A DNA stretch of 63,967 bases, the filler included, from Octopus bimaculoides (taxonomy: Eukaryota): NCBI RefSeq assembly GCF_001194135.2. It is 7 parts of 6 records of this genome, joined end to end, with 100 filler letters (N's around TTAATTAATTAA, not from the genome) between each part and the next. Parts side by side here need not be neighbours in the genome. Positions count along the whole stretch, not along the records: positions 1 to 6,174 come from NC_069002.1; positions 6,275 to 22,886 come from NC_068984.1; 5 more parts are not named here. The stretch is one strand, 5' to 3'. The notes beneath the pieces are model-generated. The model did not search any database. It was not told the DNA's origin and was given only the letters and a program-made list of their open reading frames with translations. Below are positions 1 through 12,567 of this stretch, in pieces (the first letter of the stretch is position 1; each line of letters starts with the position of its first letter). Position numbers and translations under genes: made by a program.

Positions 1-42
<42 letters not shown>
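1..42. repeat. (TA)n microsatellite; representative of many (TA)n, (TG)n, (TATG)n, (TAGA)n, (GA)n and trinucleotide tracts across the window
   Basis: Direct reading; these tracts explain most YIYI/CVCV/MYVC/SLSL ORFs. Confidence 0.99.
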
Positions 43-46
<4 letters not shown>

Positions 47-771
47 GTCTGTCTGTCTGCGATTCCACATGTCTATCTATCTATTAGTCTGTATCTATCT
101 CAAACCAGCAATAATTCTATTTTATAAATGTCACGGCATGGAGAAAACTGCAACAAGATACATTGGTATCTGATAAATAATACAGTTAAAGTAGCCCTTT
201 TATACAACATTAAGAACAAAGAAGCCTTTGCTTTCTTTTATTTTTTCTCTTTTCATGTTCGTCTAAATAGTATTTCACTGTGACTTGACATTAAAGCTTT
301 GCTTGACCTTGTGGAAGTCATAATGTCCTCAAAATACAGTAAAGTATTTTAGTTGTGCTTTAGACCAGCTGTATAAAGATATTCTTTGTAATGGTGTGTT
401 GGTGGTCAGGCTTGAAGGGCGGACTTGGAGTGGCTCAGTGGAGCTTAATGTTGGTCTTTCTGTTTTTAGTCTTTGAGACGAGCGTAATCAGGTGGAAATG
501 GAAATTTCATTAAAGGTATATGAGTTGCAAAACTAAAATCAAGCAGATGTTTGTGTGTGTGTGTGTGAATAAATATATGCTTATGTATATATGTGCGTGT
601 GTATATATGTATATATGTACATACACACACACATATATATCTATGTACATGCATATACATGTGCATAAATATATATATATACACACACATACACACACAC
701 ACACATACATACATACATATATACATACATAATTTCTGGGCGGGGTCCCTCTTCCCTTTTTCCTTTTTTTC

Positions 772-805
<34 letters not shown>

Positions 806-1338
806 TGAAGAAGACCTTCAAACTTGAGAAATTGATAGNNNNNNNNNNNNNNNNNNNNNNNNNNNNNNNNNNNNNNNNNNNNNNNNNNNNNNNNNNNNNN
901 NNNNNNNNNNNNNNNNNNNNNNNNNNNNNNNNNNNNNNNNNNNNNNNNNNNNNNNNNNNNNNNNNNNNNNNNNNNNNNNNNNNNNNNNNNNNNNNNNNNN
1001 NNNNNNNNNNNNNNNNNNNNNNNNNNNNNNNNNNNNNNNNNNNNNNNNNNNNNNNNNNNNNNNNNNNNNNNNNNNNNNNNNNNNNNNNNNNNNNNNNNNN
1101 NNNNNNNNNNNNNNNNNNNNNNNNNNNNNNNNNNNNNNNNNNNNNNNNNNNNNNNNNNNNNNNNNNNNNNNNNNNNNNNNNNNNNNNNNNNNNNNNNNNN
1201 NNNNNNNNNNNNNNNNNNNNNNNNNNNNNNNNNNNNNNNNNNNNNNNNNNNNNNNNNNNNNNNNNNNNNNNNNNNNNNNNNNNNNNNNNNNNNNNNNNNN
1301 NNNNNNNNNNNNNNNNNNNNNNNNNNNNNNNNNNNNNN

Positions 1339-1640
1339 TTAGTTGAAGAAATCTATCCCAGGACTTATTCTTTGTAAGCTTAGTACTTATTCTATCAGTC
1401 TCTTTTTGCTGAACTGCTATGTTATGGGGACAGAAACAAAGGCACACACACATACATACATACATACATACATATGTATGATGGGCTTCTTTCAGTTTCC
1501 AACTGCCAAATCCACTCACAAGGCTTTGGTCGACCCGGGGCTATAGTAGAAGACACTTGCTTAAGGTACCATGCAGTGGGGCTGAACCCAGAACCATGTG
1601 GTTGGGAAGCAAGCGTCTTACCACAGAGCCATGCCTGTGC
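1339..1640 (-). mobile_element. tRNA-derived SINE, family A (octopus-type), CpG-decayed copy
   Basis: Reverse complement matches the copy at 4753-5140 (GGGCAAGTGTCTTCTACTATAGCC..GTGAGTGGATTTGG..GAAACTGAAAGAAGCCC). Confidence 0.85.
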
Positions 1641-1804
1641 CTATTAGTTGAGCCACGTCTGCGATCATACTGGAGTACTTCATTGAACCCGGTATCTTTT
1701 TTCTTAAAGTCTGGTACTTATCCTGTAGGTCTGTTTCTGTTGATGTGCTAAGTTACAGGGATATAAACAAACTAACACCAACAGTGGCAACTATGAAATG
1801 TAGT

Positions 1805-1945
1805 GGGCAGACAAAGTATCTAATGAAGTAGTGATCACCTAGGCTGTGGTGAATATGAAACTGTTTTGTGAGATAAGGTCCAAGCAACTGATATATCTTG
1901 GTCACGTGATGAGGAAAGAGGGCCTGGAGGATAATAAAATTCTTG
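1805..1945 (+). pseudogene. RTE-clade LINE ORF2 fragment
   Basis: WADKVSNEVVIT*AVVNMKLFCEIRSKQLIYLGHVMRKEGLE resembles the RTE post-RT W.DKVSNEEV...QL..LGHVMR motif. Confidence 0.7.
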
Positions 1946-2099
1946 AGATCCTGATATAGCCTGGCACTCCATTAGTTATGATGATAAGGGTTCCAGGTGA
2001 TCCGATTAATGGAACAACTTGCTTGTGTAATTAACATGCAAGTGGCTGAGTATTCCATAGACATGTGGACCTTTATTGTAGTTCTTGGGGAGGTTCAGC

Positions 2100-2345
2100 A
2101 TGGCACGGAATGTGGCTAAGCTGGCTCTTTGAAATGATGCGCACACATGCTGGTGCCATATGAGTGCACCCAGCACACCCTGTAAAGTAGTTGGCATTAG
2201 GAAGGGTATCCAGGTGTAGAAACCATGCCAAAACAGACAGTTGGTGTCTGGTGCAGCTCTCTGGCTGGTCAGCTCCTGTCAACCTGTCCAACTCATGTCC
2301 AGTATGAAAAATGGACATTAGATGATGATGATGATGATGATGATG
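2100..2345 (+). mobile_element. Interspersed retroposon 3' end with (GAT)n tail (family D); related copy at about 25140-25445
   Basis: Shared TGGCATTAGGAAGGG.ATCCAG..GTAGAAACCATGC motif and GATGATGAT tail in both copies. Confidence 0.65.
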
Positions 2346-3110
2346 GCAACGACCATGAGTGACCTGGAGCAACCTGAAATATAGTGTCTTGCCCAAGAAT
2401 AGAATACACTGGTGGGTATCGAACCCACGACCTTATGGTTGTGAGCTACCCACTAAGCCACGTACCTGATATTCTGGGGCTCACTCACACGCACCCACCT
2501 TCATTTTTTAACAAAGTTATTGCGTACACTCCTTCAAATATGAAATTATTTTAGACAGGATCACCTTTATATCAACTGATTACTTAACGCACACCTTTAT
2601 ATGTTAATTAAGTTATTTAACACATAACTTCATATATTAACTAGTTACCTAGGTGTGTAGCTTGCCTACGTAATTTACACCTTCAGATGTGTGTGTGTGT
2701 GTGTGTTTTGCATGTATGTATAAATATATGTGTATTTATATGCATATATCGTGTGTATATGTGTTTGTGTGTGTGTGTATGCATATATATGTGAATGTAT
2801 GTATTATATATATATATGTGTGTGTGTGTATTTATATCTACCTGTCTATCTACATNNNNNNNNNNNNNNNNNNNNNNNNNNNNNNNNNNNNNNNNNNNNN
2901 NNNNNNNNNNNNNNNNNNNNNNNNNNNNNNNNNNNNNNNNNNNNNNNNNNNNNNNNNNNNNNNNNNNNNNNNNNNNNNNNNNNNNNNNNNNNNNNNNNNN
3001 NNNNNNNNNNNNNNNNNNNNNNNNNNNNNNNNNNNNNNNNNNNNNNNNNNNNNNNNNNNNNNNNNNNNNNNNNNNNNNNNNNNNNNNNNNNNNNNNNNNN
3101 NNNNNNNNNN

Positions 3111-3167
<57 letters not shown>

Positions 3168-3544
3168 TATATATATACACACATAATCTTTTCTTCCTTG
3201 CTCATTGTTATGTTTCTAATGACATATGCTATTCACATATTAGGCCCTCCTTTTCTATTGAACTTCACACAAAATGCCATCAACGCCACCTACGTGTTCC
3301 CACCGTGACCATTCCTGTAATTATATCGAAGTCGTTCGGATGGTCTCCATTCAGAAGGTGAAAACTCACCCCATTCATAAAAGTTCAATCTAAATTACTG
3401 AAAATGATTCAACTACGTGTATTTTCACCCCACCTTGTTCCGCTACCACCACGACCACCATCTTCATCACTTGACATCCGTTTTCCATGCTGGCATGGTT
3501 TGGACTGTTTGGTTAGGATCTGATGAGCCACAGGGCACCATCAA

Positions 3545-3719
3545 TGTCTGATGTTCAAACCAGCCAGATCCAGCCTCTCATACTTACCCTACAATTTTAT
3601 TCTAAAAATAGACAATCACATCATTGAAATTTCAAACCTACAAGAATAATATATAATTAATTCAAAACAAATCTGAATAAATCAGGATTTGACAGAATAA
3701 TCTGGATGGTAAAGGGTCA
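3545..3719 (-). mobile_element. Partial MITE with AAAGGG-T(T/C)A end (piggyBac-like terminus)
   Basis: Ends TAAAGGGTCA, the same terminal style as 61146-61399; other end not found. Confidence 0.45.
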
Positions 3720-3934
3720 GCCTGGCTTGGGCTGCAGTGGAAGACGCCCAAGGTGCGAAGCAATGGGGCTGAACCTGAGACCATGTGGCTGGGAAGCAAG
3801 CTTCATACCACACAGCCATGCCTGTGCATGTGACACACACATGCACATAATACAAGGCTGGGTTTGAACCAGTGATTTATATTTGTGAACCAACACTTCT
3901 ATCCACTTGGCCACTGTTGCTTCTTTCACCTTTT

Positions 3935-4300
3935 GTTTTTTACTTGTTTCACTCATTGGATTGTGGCCAAGCTGGGGCACTGCCTTGAAGGCTTCCATCA
4001 AACAGTTTTTAAGTTTTGGTACTTGTTCTATTGGTCTCTTTTGCCAAACTGTTAAGTAGTTATGGGGGACAAACACAAAGACTCTCTCTCACACACACAC
4101 ATACACACACACACACACAAACACACACATATATAATCAACGGGCTTCTTTCAGTTTCTGTCTACCAGATCCTTTCACAAGGCTGGCTTTGGTCAGCCCG
4201 GGGCTATAGTAGAAGACGCTTGCCCAAGGTGCCACGCAGTGGGACTGAACCTGAGACTATGTGGTTGGGAAGCGAACTTCTTATCACATAGCCATGCCTG
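3935..4300 (-). mobile_element. SINE family A, near full length
   Basis: Homology to other family A copies from tail to head. Confidence 0.85.
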
Positions 4301-4752
4301 CCTGTACAACATTACATGAATGCGAACAGTAGCGGTGGTAGTTGTCATGGTGGTGATGATGGGGGGGGAAACTTCCTCGTTAACCGCTAATCAACCTAAG
4401 TGCAAAAAAACTGGTAATTTCAATATTATACATCATTAGTAAAATTAGTGCATAACCTGTGGAAAATCCATGGGTGGTGAATGCATAGTTGATTGCTTAA
4501 TTAATTACTTGAAATAAAACGGGTATTTACAGGATTAATTAATTAAAATACATGCTCCTGTTTATCATCATCATCATCATCACCACATCCAATTTTATAT
4601 GCTTCCTTGAGTTAAACTAGAGATTCTCAACTTGGCTCCATATAAAACTTTTTGGGGTCCACAGATGCAATGTAGTGAATTGGGGGTCCACAATAATTTT
4701 TGAGGGGCCATGAGAAAAGTTGTGTATCAGACTACTAAATAAATTGGTTATG

Positions 4753-5140
4753 GGCACAGGAGTGGCTGTGTAGTAAGAAGCTTGCTTCCCAACCACTTGG
4801 TTCTGGGTTCAGTCCTACTGTGTGGCACCTTAGGCAAGTGTCTTCTATTATAGCCTCGGACTGACCAAAGCCTTGTGAGTGGATTTGGTAGATGGAAACT
4901 GAAAGAAACCTGTTGTCTATATATATATATGTGTGTGTGTCTGTGTTTGTCACCCCGCCATCGCTTAACACCCGATGCTGGTGTGTTTACGTCCCTGTAA
5001 CTTAGCGGTTCAGCAAAAAAGATCAATAGAATAAGTACTGGGCTTACAAAGAATAATTTCTGGGGTCGATATGCTCGACTAAAGGTGGTGCTCCAGCATG
5101 GCTGCAGTCAAATGACCGAAATAAGTAAATAAAAAATGAA
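4753..5140 (+). mobile_element. SINE family A, full length
   Basis: tRNA-like head with A-box TGGCTGTGTAGTAAG and B-box GGTTCAGTCC, internal (TA)(TG) tract, 3' GTCAAATGACCGAAATAAGTAAA tail. Confidence 0.9.
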
Positions 5141-5244
5141 TACATCCATAATACGCAAAATATCTTTAACAATTACTTTTGCATGAGTCCTAATAATATT
5201 TAATTATAAAAACATAATGGGATTTTCTAAACACTGGCCCCTTT

Positions 5245-5398
5245 GAGTTAATGGTACCACTCATTTTTGCTGCATGAGTGAACTGAAGCAACGTGAAATA
5301 AAGTGTCTTGCTCAATGATACAATACACTGCCAGGAATCAAACTTACGACCTTTTGATTGTGAGTCGAATACCCTTAACCACTGAGCCACGGGCCTTT
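5245..5398 (-). mobile_element. tRNA-head SINE family C; related copies at about 2345-2462 and 60225-60561
   Basis: Reverse complement reads TGGCTCAGTGGTTAAGGG..GGTCGTAAGTTTGATTCC..TTGAGCAAGACAC..TTGCTTCAGTTCACTCA. Confidence 0.75.
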
Positions 5399-6174
5399 CA
5401 CTATCAGCGTAAAGACAAGGAGACACAAGTGTACACACAGCCACATACGTTTATAGATTCCTATTCACACACACACACACACACATTTGAAACCAAAAGT
5501 TTGGAACACAGGTTTGAAAATTAGAATTGAAAAATGGCATCAGTTATTAATTATTGTTATCAATTATTAATTACGTTGTAGATATTTGAATCAAATTGTA
5601 TTTGAGCTTAAAAATTTTAATTTATAAAAAAATGTTTGAAACTTTTGGCCACAACTGTATATATTCACATATTCCTCTCTCAGATATTCCCCTCTCAGAT
5701 TCACACACCTATTGTAATGGTCCTTCAGTTTTTCTCACCCTTGTACAAGAACTCAGAAGGCTGGGTCTCCAACCAGACCTTTTGTGACATGCTTAAAACC
5801 AGGAACTTTTCAGCAATCCTTCATGTCTACAGAATCCGTTTTGTTATTGGGATTATAATTTACTTTTTGCTAAACTCTCACAATGAGTTTAGCGGAGATT
5901 AATATCCATCGTGAAACCAGGATTTTCTGCACCTGAAGAATTTTCGTATTAGTTTGGAATCTGATAGTGTTGATAGCCAAGAACTTGAGTTGAGTGCAGC
6001 ATTGGGAATAGCCTATCTTTGTACCCTACCAATACCTTATGTATGTATGTATGTATGTATGTATGTATGTATGTATGGATGGATGGATGGATGCATGCAT
6101 ATATATATCTGTGTGTGTGTGTATATGTATGTATATATATACATATGTGTATATGTATGTATATGTATATATAT

Positions 6175-6274
6175 NNNNNNNNNNNNNNNNNNNNNNNNNN
6201 NNNNNNNNNNNNNNNNNNTTAATTAATTAANNNNNNNNNNNNNNNNNNNNNNNNNNNNNNNNNNNNNNNNNNNN
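6175..6274. other. Assembly placeholder gap N44-TTAATTAATTAA-N44; the 12-mer also occurs at 22931, 37646, 50102, 59046 and 61751
   Basis: Identical 12-mer (stop codon in all six frames) embedded in N runs six times. Confidence 0.97.
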
Positions 6275-6783
6275 CGAGAGAGGAAGAGGGGGAGAAATGA
6301 ATAGAGATTGAGAGCAATGTGTATGTTGTTGTCACAGGTCATGTATGTGTGGTTGTGTGTGTTTTTACGTATCTATGTTATGAAAAATAGGTAAAGAATA
6401 CTGAGATGAAAGTTTAATCTATGACGTTCTATGTATCACTTTCTCTCTCTCTCCCTCTCCCTCTTTAACTCTTACTCTCTATATTTTTATGTTGAGCGCG
6501 TGTGTAAGAATTGCGTTCCAGGTAGAAGGGATGAAATATAAAAGTTGCTAGAAACAACAGCCAAATCTCCCTTAAATCACACAAAGTAAACGGAATTTTA
6601 AAAATCTAATTACTGCACTGGAAAGTTCACATCGAGAAAATTCCATTGATGTAAAAATTTTTACGAAAAGGTGGAAAATGTGGATTTCTATAAACTTTCA
6701 AAAAGGCTTCACACAAGCACACAATTTCAGATTTATATATTAAGATATTATAATGATATGATATTAATATTTATCTAGTATAA

Positions 6784-7010
6784 GGCGGCAATCTAGCAGA
6801 ATCGTTAAAACACCGGGCAAAATGCTTAACGGAATTTCGTCCGTCTTAATGTTCTGAATTTAAATTCTGTCGAGTGACTTTGCCGTCTATCTCTTTCAGG
6901 GACGATAAAATAATTACCAACTGAGGACTGGGGGGGGGGGGTCGATGTAATCCACTTACCCCTCTCCTGAACTTGCTGGCCTTGTGCCAATATTTGAAAC
7001 CAATATTTAT
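6784..7010 (+). mobile_element. SINE family B; other copies at 46557-46770 and 52801-53030
   Basis: GGCGGC..CT.GCAGAA.CGTTA..AC.CCGGGC.AAATG head and TTTC.GGG.CGATAAAATAA.TACCA core shared by the three copies. Confidence 0.85.
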
Positions 7011-7586
7011 CTACTATATTACGATAATATGCTACTGTGATGTATCTGCTATATTATGGTAAATGTATTATCTCTATGCAACCCATTGAATGCTCTCATT
7101 TTTTCCAGCGGAAAAATTTCAAGTAATTAGTTTCCTCCCACTACTTTTTACTCTTGAGATTTGAGACTTTACATATAAGGAAAGATTATTCCAGATCACA
7201 TTATATGATATTACATTAAGGATACAAGGATGTGAGTTTATGCCACTTGATGATCACGAAAGAGCCTTCGGTACAATTGATGACCATATCCAAAAAAAAA
7301 ACAAAAAAAAAAAAAATGTGAGATATTCTTTTTCTTCTTTGTTTCACCAAGAGAAAGAGAACTGCAGCTAATTGAAGTAAGAAAATAAGAGAAAATTGTC
7401 GTAGCAATTGAATCGTTAAGTATTGCTGCCTTTACTAATCACCTTTTCTAGATTGCTTATGTGGAAACTCATCTGAAACAGTCAAATACGTGGTTAGTGG
7501 ATTCTTTTATTCTTTTACTTGTTTCAGTCATGTGACTGCAGCTATGCTGGAGTACCACCTTTTAGTCGAGCAAACTGACCCCAGGT

Positions 7587-7749
7587 CAAAACTGATCCAG
7601 AAGGAGTACAAATAGGGCTATGACAAAGTTGCACAGGAGTTATACTAAGAAGGTGTACGAGAGGTATGGGCTAAAGTGTACCGGCAAGTGTTACGAACAC
7701 AGCCCTTGCTTGTTGTAGAGAATGAACTCGTGAAACTTACGTGGAATAT
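7587..7749 (+). pseudogene. RLE-type (R4/Dong-like) LINE fragment, part upstream of the hAT insertion
   Basis: SKLIQKEYK..DKVAQ..Y, then YERYGLKCTGKCYEHSP and VVENELVKLTWN after frameshifts. Confidence 0.7.
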
Positions 7750-10395
7750 GAGGGTTGTCGAACTCAATCGCACAGGGGACCAAAACTCAAAGCGCACTTT
7801 AGGTTGCGGGCCGAACAGGATAAACATTTATTGAACAGACTAAACCATTTTGAACATGAACATATATTGAAACAGATGGTATATAATTTTATTAAAAAAG
7901 AAATTAACTTTAACTTAACTTACTTAAAATATTTTGCTCTGCAAAAAAATATCTCCTGTCAAAATTATAAAAATTTAAAATAAGAACAAATTGCACAAAA
8001 TTAAAAGAAAATATAAATAAAAAATGTGCTTTTTAGTGAAAATTAAAATGATAAATAAAAATTTAAAATTTTCTTTAAGCAATTTTGTCCGACCTATATA
8101 AACGAGTTCATTGATGTTTGAGGTAAGGTTCTATGTTGAGACTCTCAGGATGGGTTGCTGGTGATCATCTGTGAGACAATTCCTATGTGACGTTTTATTC
8201 ATCTTCATCACAGAGAACAGCTGCTCACTCAGATATATGATTCCAAACAAAAACAGCGTTCGAGCTGCATGTAAACGGAGCTGGGTAATTGTTTCAGGTA
8301 TGAAGCAAGTGAACTGTGCGGGCCCCACAGAGTCGTACTTTGCTTTTAAGGTCCCATTACACTACAGTTCTATCAGCTCCATTTGAATATGTACAGGTGC
8401 AGTTTCCCCATTGACGGCAAATAGGTTGCGAAGCAGCTCGAAATTATTTTTCTGTGCTTTAAAGTCACTAAAGCGCCGTGCGAATTCAGTGCGGGACGCC
8501 CTCAATTTATCAGCAAAGTGTTGTTTTGGGAACACCGTGGCGCTGACTTGGCTCAACATTACTTGGCAACAGGGAAAGTGAGACAATTAGTGCATTTGTG
8601 TCTCCCATAAGCGCAGCTTCACATGAAATGCCTTCACTTCGTCATACATATCATAGATCATGCGATCCTGTCCCTGGAGCTAGATGTTTAAAACAGTGAG
8701 ATGCGCAGTTATGTCAACCAGAAACGCCAACTCGCATTTCCACTTTTCATCCTACAGATCTTTGGATTCTTTTTCTTTACTGTCCATGAACTGACCTATC
8801 TCCTCAACCACCACAAAAACAGTGTTGAGGACCTTTCCCAGACTGAGCCACCGCACCTCCAAATGATAAGGCACGTCAGCGAACTCTGAATGTATTTCCC
8901 GCAGGAAAGACTGAAATTGGCGATGATTTAACCCTTTGACTCGCATAAAGTTTACGGTTTGCGTTACAGTGCTTGTTACATGTCTAATTTTAAAGGCTTT
9001 AGAGCACAGCGTTTCTCGATGTATGATGCAGTGATATGTTGTCAACTCACCAGCGCAGTTCTCTACTTGCATCTTTAAACGTATCCTACCCACTAGTCCC
9101 CTTTTATTCCCGCACATCGCCGGTGCTCCATCTGTTGTAAGTTCAACAAGTTTGTCCCAAGGCATTTTCATGTCAGTTACACTCTAACATATTTTTTTCA
9201 AAGAGGTCCTTTCCTCTTGTTCCGTGCATCGATTTGATGTCCAAAATTTCCTCCATGACGAACAAATTGGAGTCTACTCCACGGATGAAGATAGCCAGCT
9301 GTGCCGTATCAGTCGTGTCAGTAGTCTCATCCACAGCAAGAGAGTATGCAACAAAATCTTTTCCTTTTTCAATCAACTGTTTTCAAATTAGAGGCCATCT
9401 CAAGCACCCGATCAGAGACTGTATTTCTGCTAATATTCACATTAACAAACAGTTGCTTCTTGTGTGGACACAAAACATCACACTTTTCACCACGCAGCTC
9501 TTCACAGACTCTCTTTCGGTAAATGTCCAGGCTGATTTTGTGATCTCCTCTGCCACAATAAAACTTGCTTTACCAGCAGCTTCACTTTGTGAGTTTGCTT
9601 TGGTTAAAAAAGAAAAAAAATCTTTAGTAATGTGAGATTTCTCTTCAACTCGTCTACCTTTCGTTGCTTCTGCTCAGTAGGGAGGTATTTATACTTGTCT
9701 TGATGTTTTGTCTCGTAGTGGCGTTTGAGATTATACTCTTTAAGAACAGCAACATTATAGCACCACAATTAGGACACAAGGGTTTACCATCCATGTCAGT
9801 AAACATGTACTCGGTTTCCCACCGGATTTGAAAGGTTCTGTTTTCGGCATCGACTTTTCTCTTGGCCATTGATAGAGATAGTTACTACTACTGAATGACG
9901 TCACGTGAAAATGATCACCCGAAAGAGCGGTAAGGCGGCTGTCGCGGTGCATTATGTGATTAGTAGATTTTGCGCCATCAGCGCTTGACAGCACGCGATA
10001 GGAAAATCGAAGGAGGCGTTTTCCAGTATGCTTTGTTGCAATTACAATTAAGACTTGTGAATATATTTTGTTTTTGTACAGACAGGGTGTAATAGTTACA
10101 GTGGTGTTGTTTCTAGTCATGTATTAAACTATTGCTACTTTTGGTGACACCCTTAGTAAGAAAGGTAATGCAGTCAGTGCTATATATATAATGTAATGGC
10201 CTGCTTTAGCCACACACTATGTATGTGTAATTGTAACAAGAAGGCATGGGTGTTGCTGAGGGCAGTAAAGAATTCTATTTGCTGATGCCGCCATTTGGAC
10301 TAATTTCAATGTTGATATCAAAATGGTCTCGTGGGCCGGATGAAATTGCTGCACGAGCCGGAAGTGTCCCGCGGGCCGGGAGTTTGACATGTCTG
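7750..10395 (-). mobile_element. hAT (Charlie/Buster-group, GTF2IRD2-like) DNA transposon, near full length
   Basis: Imperfect 16-bp TIRs GAGGGTTGTCGAACTC (7750) and GAGTTTGACATGTCTG (10380-10395), 11/16 matching; internal transposase; right flank ATCTACTT resembles the Charlie nTCTAGAn target. Confidence 0.9.
8100..9869 (-). pseudogene. hAT transposase pseudogene with several frameshifts and stops
   Basis: MAKRKVDAENRTFQ.RWE.EYMF start, SLAVDETTDTTDTAQLAIFIRG (D), LTTDGAPAM (D), YHCIIHRE (CxxH-region), EVRWLS, YLSEQLFS (E). Confidence 0.92.
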
Positions 10396-10840
10396 ATCTA
10401 CTTAGATAAGAAGCTGCAACACAGTCAATCAGATATTACTCTCCTATAGAAGGAGACCAAAGAATGGGTCTCCATTGACATGGCGGTACCTGCAAATCAA
10501 AAGAACGTGAAAACAGAATAAGAAAGCCGAAAGTGTCATGAAATGACATCTCAGTTGGAACACTTTCATAGAGACACAAGAGTAAGCGTAATATCCATCG
10601 TAACTGGAGTCCCCGGGACCATCTCAAAGAACAAAAAAACCTAGCATGAGAAATTAGAACTACCAAACATCATTGGAAGAACACAAGTGTTAGCGAAAGA
10701 GTTACATCTATAAACTGCGGGAAGGCGCTGAGGCGTGACATAGATAACTCAGAAGAACAAAACCGTATAGAATTGCGATAGTAGTAGTAGCAGCAGCAAC
10801 TGTAGTAGTGGTGGTGGTGGTAGTAGTAGTAGTAGTATAT
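10396..10840 (+). pseudogene. RLE-type LINE fragment, part downstream of the hAT insertion, with 3' UTR and (TAG)n tail
   Basis: IYLDKKLQHSQSDITLL*KETKEWVSIDMAVPANQKNV...VISIVTGVPGTISK matches the RLE HNRPDI..IDIAVP..IPIVIGALGTI pattern. Confidence 0.75.
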
Positions 10841-11494
10841 TTATTGAATTACTCTTGGTATCTCAAATTTATATTTCTTCTTGTTTGGTTATATATTGCC
10901 CGAAGTTTCTAACCAAGGAAAATTAAAGTTTAATTTGGTGATGCACAAATGGACGGCAGCTGGTTAAACGCAACAAACGATTGCCCTTTTTTTGGTTTTT
11001 TTAAGAGAAAATGTATTTGTATAGTCAACCCATTGTGTTTCTTTCTCATCACCGTTTTGATATAAGTAAAACTACGTCTTTAAATTTAGTAATGTACTGA
11101 GCATGAAATAAAATAGATTTTATTGACTTATTTGTCTTTAGCTTTTGAGCGCAGTTTATTTATGCAGCGAGATGTAGATGACAGGGAGTGTTTAGATATC
11201 ATTCCGTCATATTTGATCCATTAGAAAAAAAAATAAAAATCCAAGCGAAGCTGGCAACTAGCAACAGACTTGTTCAAGCACGTCAGTAGTGATGCAGTGT
11301 TTAATTAAACAATATTTGCTGGGACAACTGAACTATGGATAAGAGTATGTATGTATGTATGTATGTATGTATGTATGTATGTATGTATGGTATGTATGTG
11401 TGTGTGTGCGTGGGTGCGTGCGTGTGTGTGTATACATGTGTGTGTGTGTTTGTATGTACGCATGTATGTATGTATGTATGTATGTATGTATGTA

Positions 11495-11711
11495 CGAGGG
11501 GTGCTGAAAAGTTCCTGATTTTGGGTAACAGAAAATTCAAGAGGATGAGTTAATTATGATTTTATTTGACATATTCCCTTCTCAGATTCACACACTTATT
11601 GTAGCGGTCCTTCAGTTTTTCTAAACCTTGTAAAAGAACTCGGAAGGCTGGGCCTCCAAACAGGCCATTCGCGATAGCCTTAAAGCCAGGAACTTTTCAG
11701 TTCCCCCCTCG
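11495..11711. mobile_element. Mariner/Tc1-type MITE; other copies at 26092-26308 and, degenerate, about 5625-5825
   Basis: TIRs CGAGGGG(T/GA)..CTGAAAAGTTCCTG on both ends, TA on both flanks (11493-94, 11712-13). Confidence 0.88.
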
Positions 11712-12567
11712 TATGTATTTATGCATACATGTATGTATGTATGTATGTATGTATGTATGTATGTATGTATGTATGTATGTATGCAAGTACTACGTACGTA
11801 TGTATCTGTGTACATACGTATACGTGTATACGTTTATTTATGTGTTTATGCATCTATGCCCGTAGGTTTATGTATGTGATCTCTTTCGGATGAATCCTTT
11901 CAGATCACAATAACCAACTGATAACATTAAACAGATAATATAACAATAACTAAGCATGTTTGGGACCTACAAACTTCGATGGCAATAGCCGTTTGATAAC
12001 ATCCGTGTGTATAATAAACAGTTGCCATTTTATAAAGAGCTTCCCCAAATTAACCGTGTTGTAATATTACTGGCAGACTCTGGATCACATGACAAATTGG
12101 AAACTCGACTAGTATAGGTTAAAGAACGTGAAAAGAAATGAAAATGAAAGCTTAGTTATCAGTGCATACGCGCGCGCACACAAGCAAATATATCTACAGA
12201 AATACACATAAAAATAAAGAAATGCTGCTAAGCATTTTCCCCACGCTTTAACAATTCTGGTAATCATCTGCCATCTTTTAAAATATCTATTAGGGGAAAT
12301 CATTATAGCGTTCGGTGCTGTCTTCTTTTTATTAAGAATATTTCATATTTCCAACTCAAATACTTTTCGTTCAAAAACATGATTCCATACTTTAAACTAG
12401 GCCTTTACTTGATGATGGACATTCAAGTATGGATGAGAGTTTGAGAAGTTCATTTTCCTACCATATAGTTCAGGGTTCAAGTCCACTGAGTAGCGTTTTA
12501 GATACGTGGATTCTATGACAACTGCGAGTTGCCCAGTGCTTTGAAAGTGAAGTTTGGTTGACGTACA

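Noticed and set aside
466-530. Possible terminal exon FATHIPLMKFPFPPDYARLKD* on the - strand, or a + strand segment 470-515 with good splice sites
   Set aside because: Peptide not recognised; the + strand segment has stops in all three frames
466-808. Many ORFs of YIYI/CVCV/THTH/MYVC type here and throughout, and long X-containing ORFs
   Set aside because: Translations of microsatellites and N gaps
6219-6230. TTAATTAATTAA recurring six times inside N runs
   Set aside because: Assembler-inserted six-frame-stop marker, not biological
7215-7290. CEFMPLDDHERAFGTIDD, resembling the RT motif DYEKAFDSI
   Set aside because: Too short and decayed to annotate
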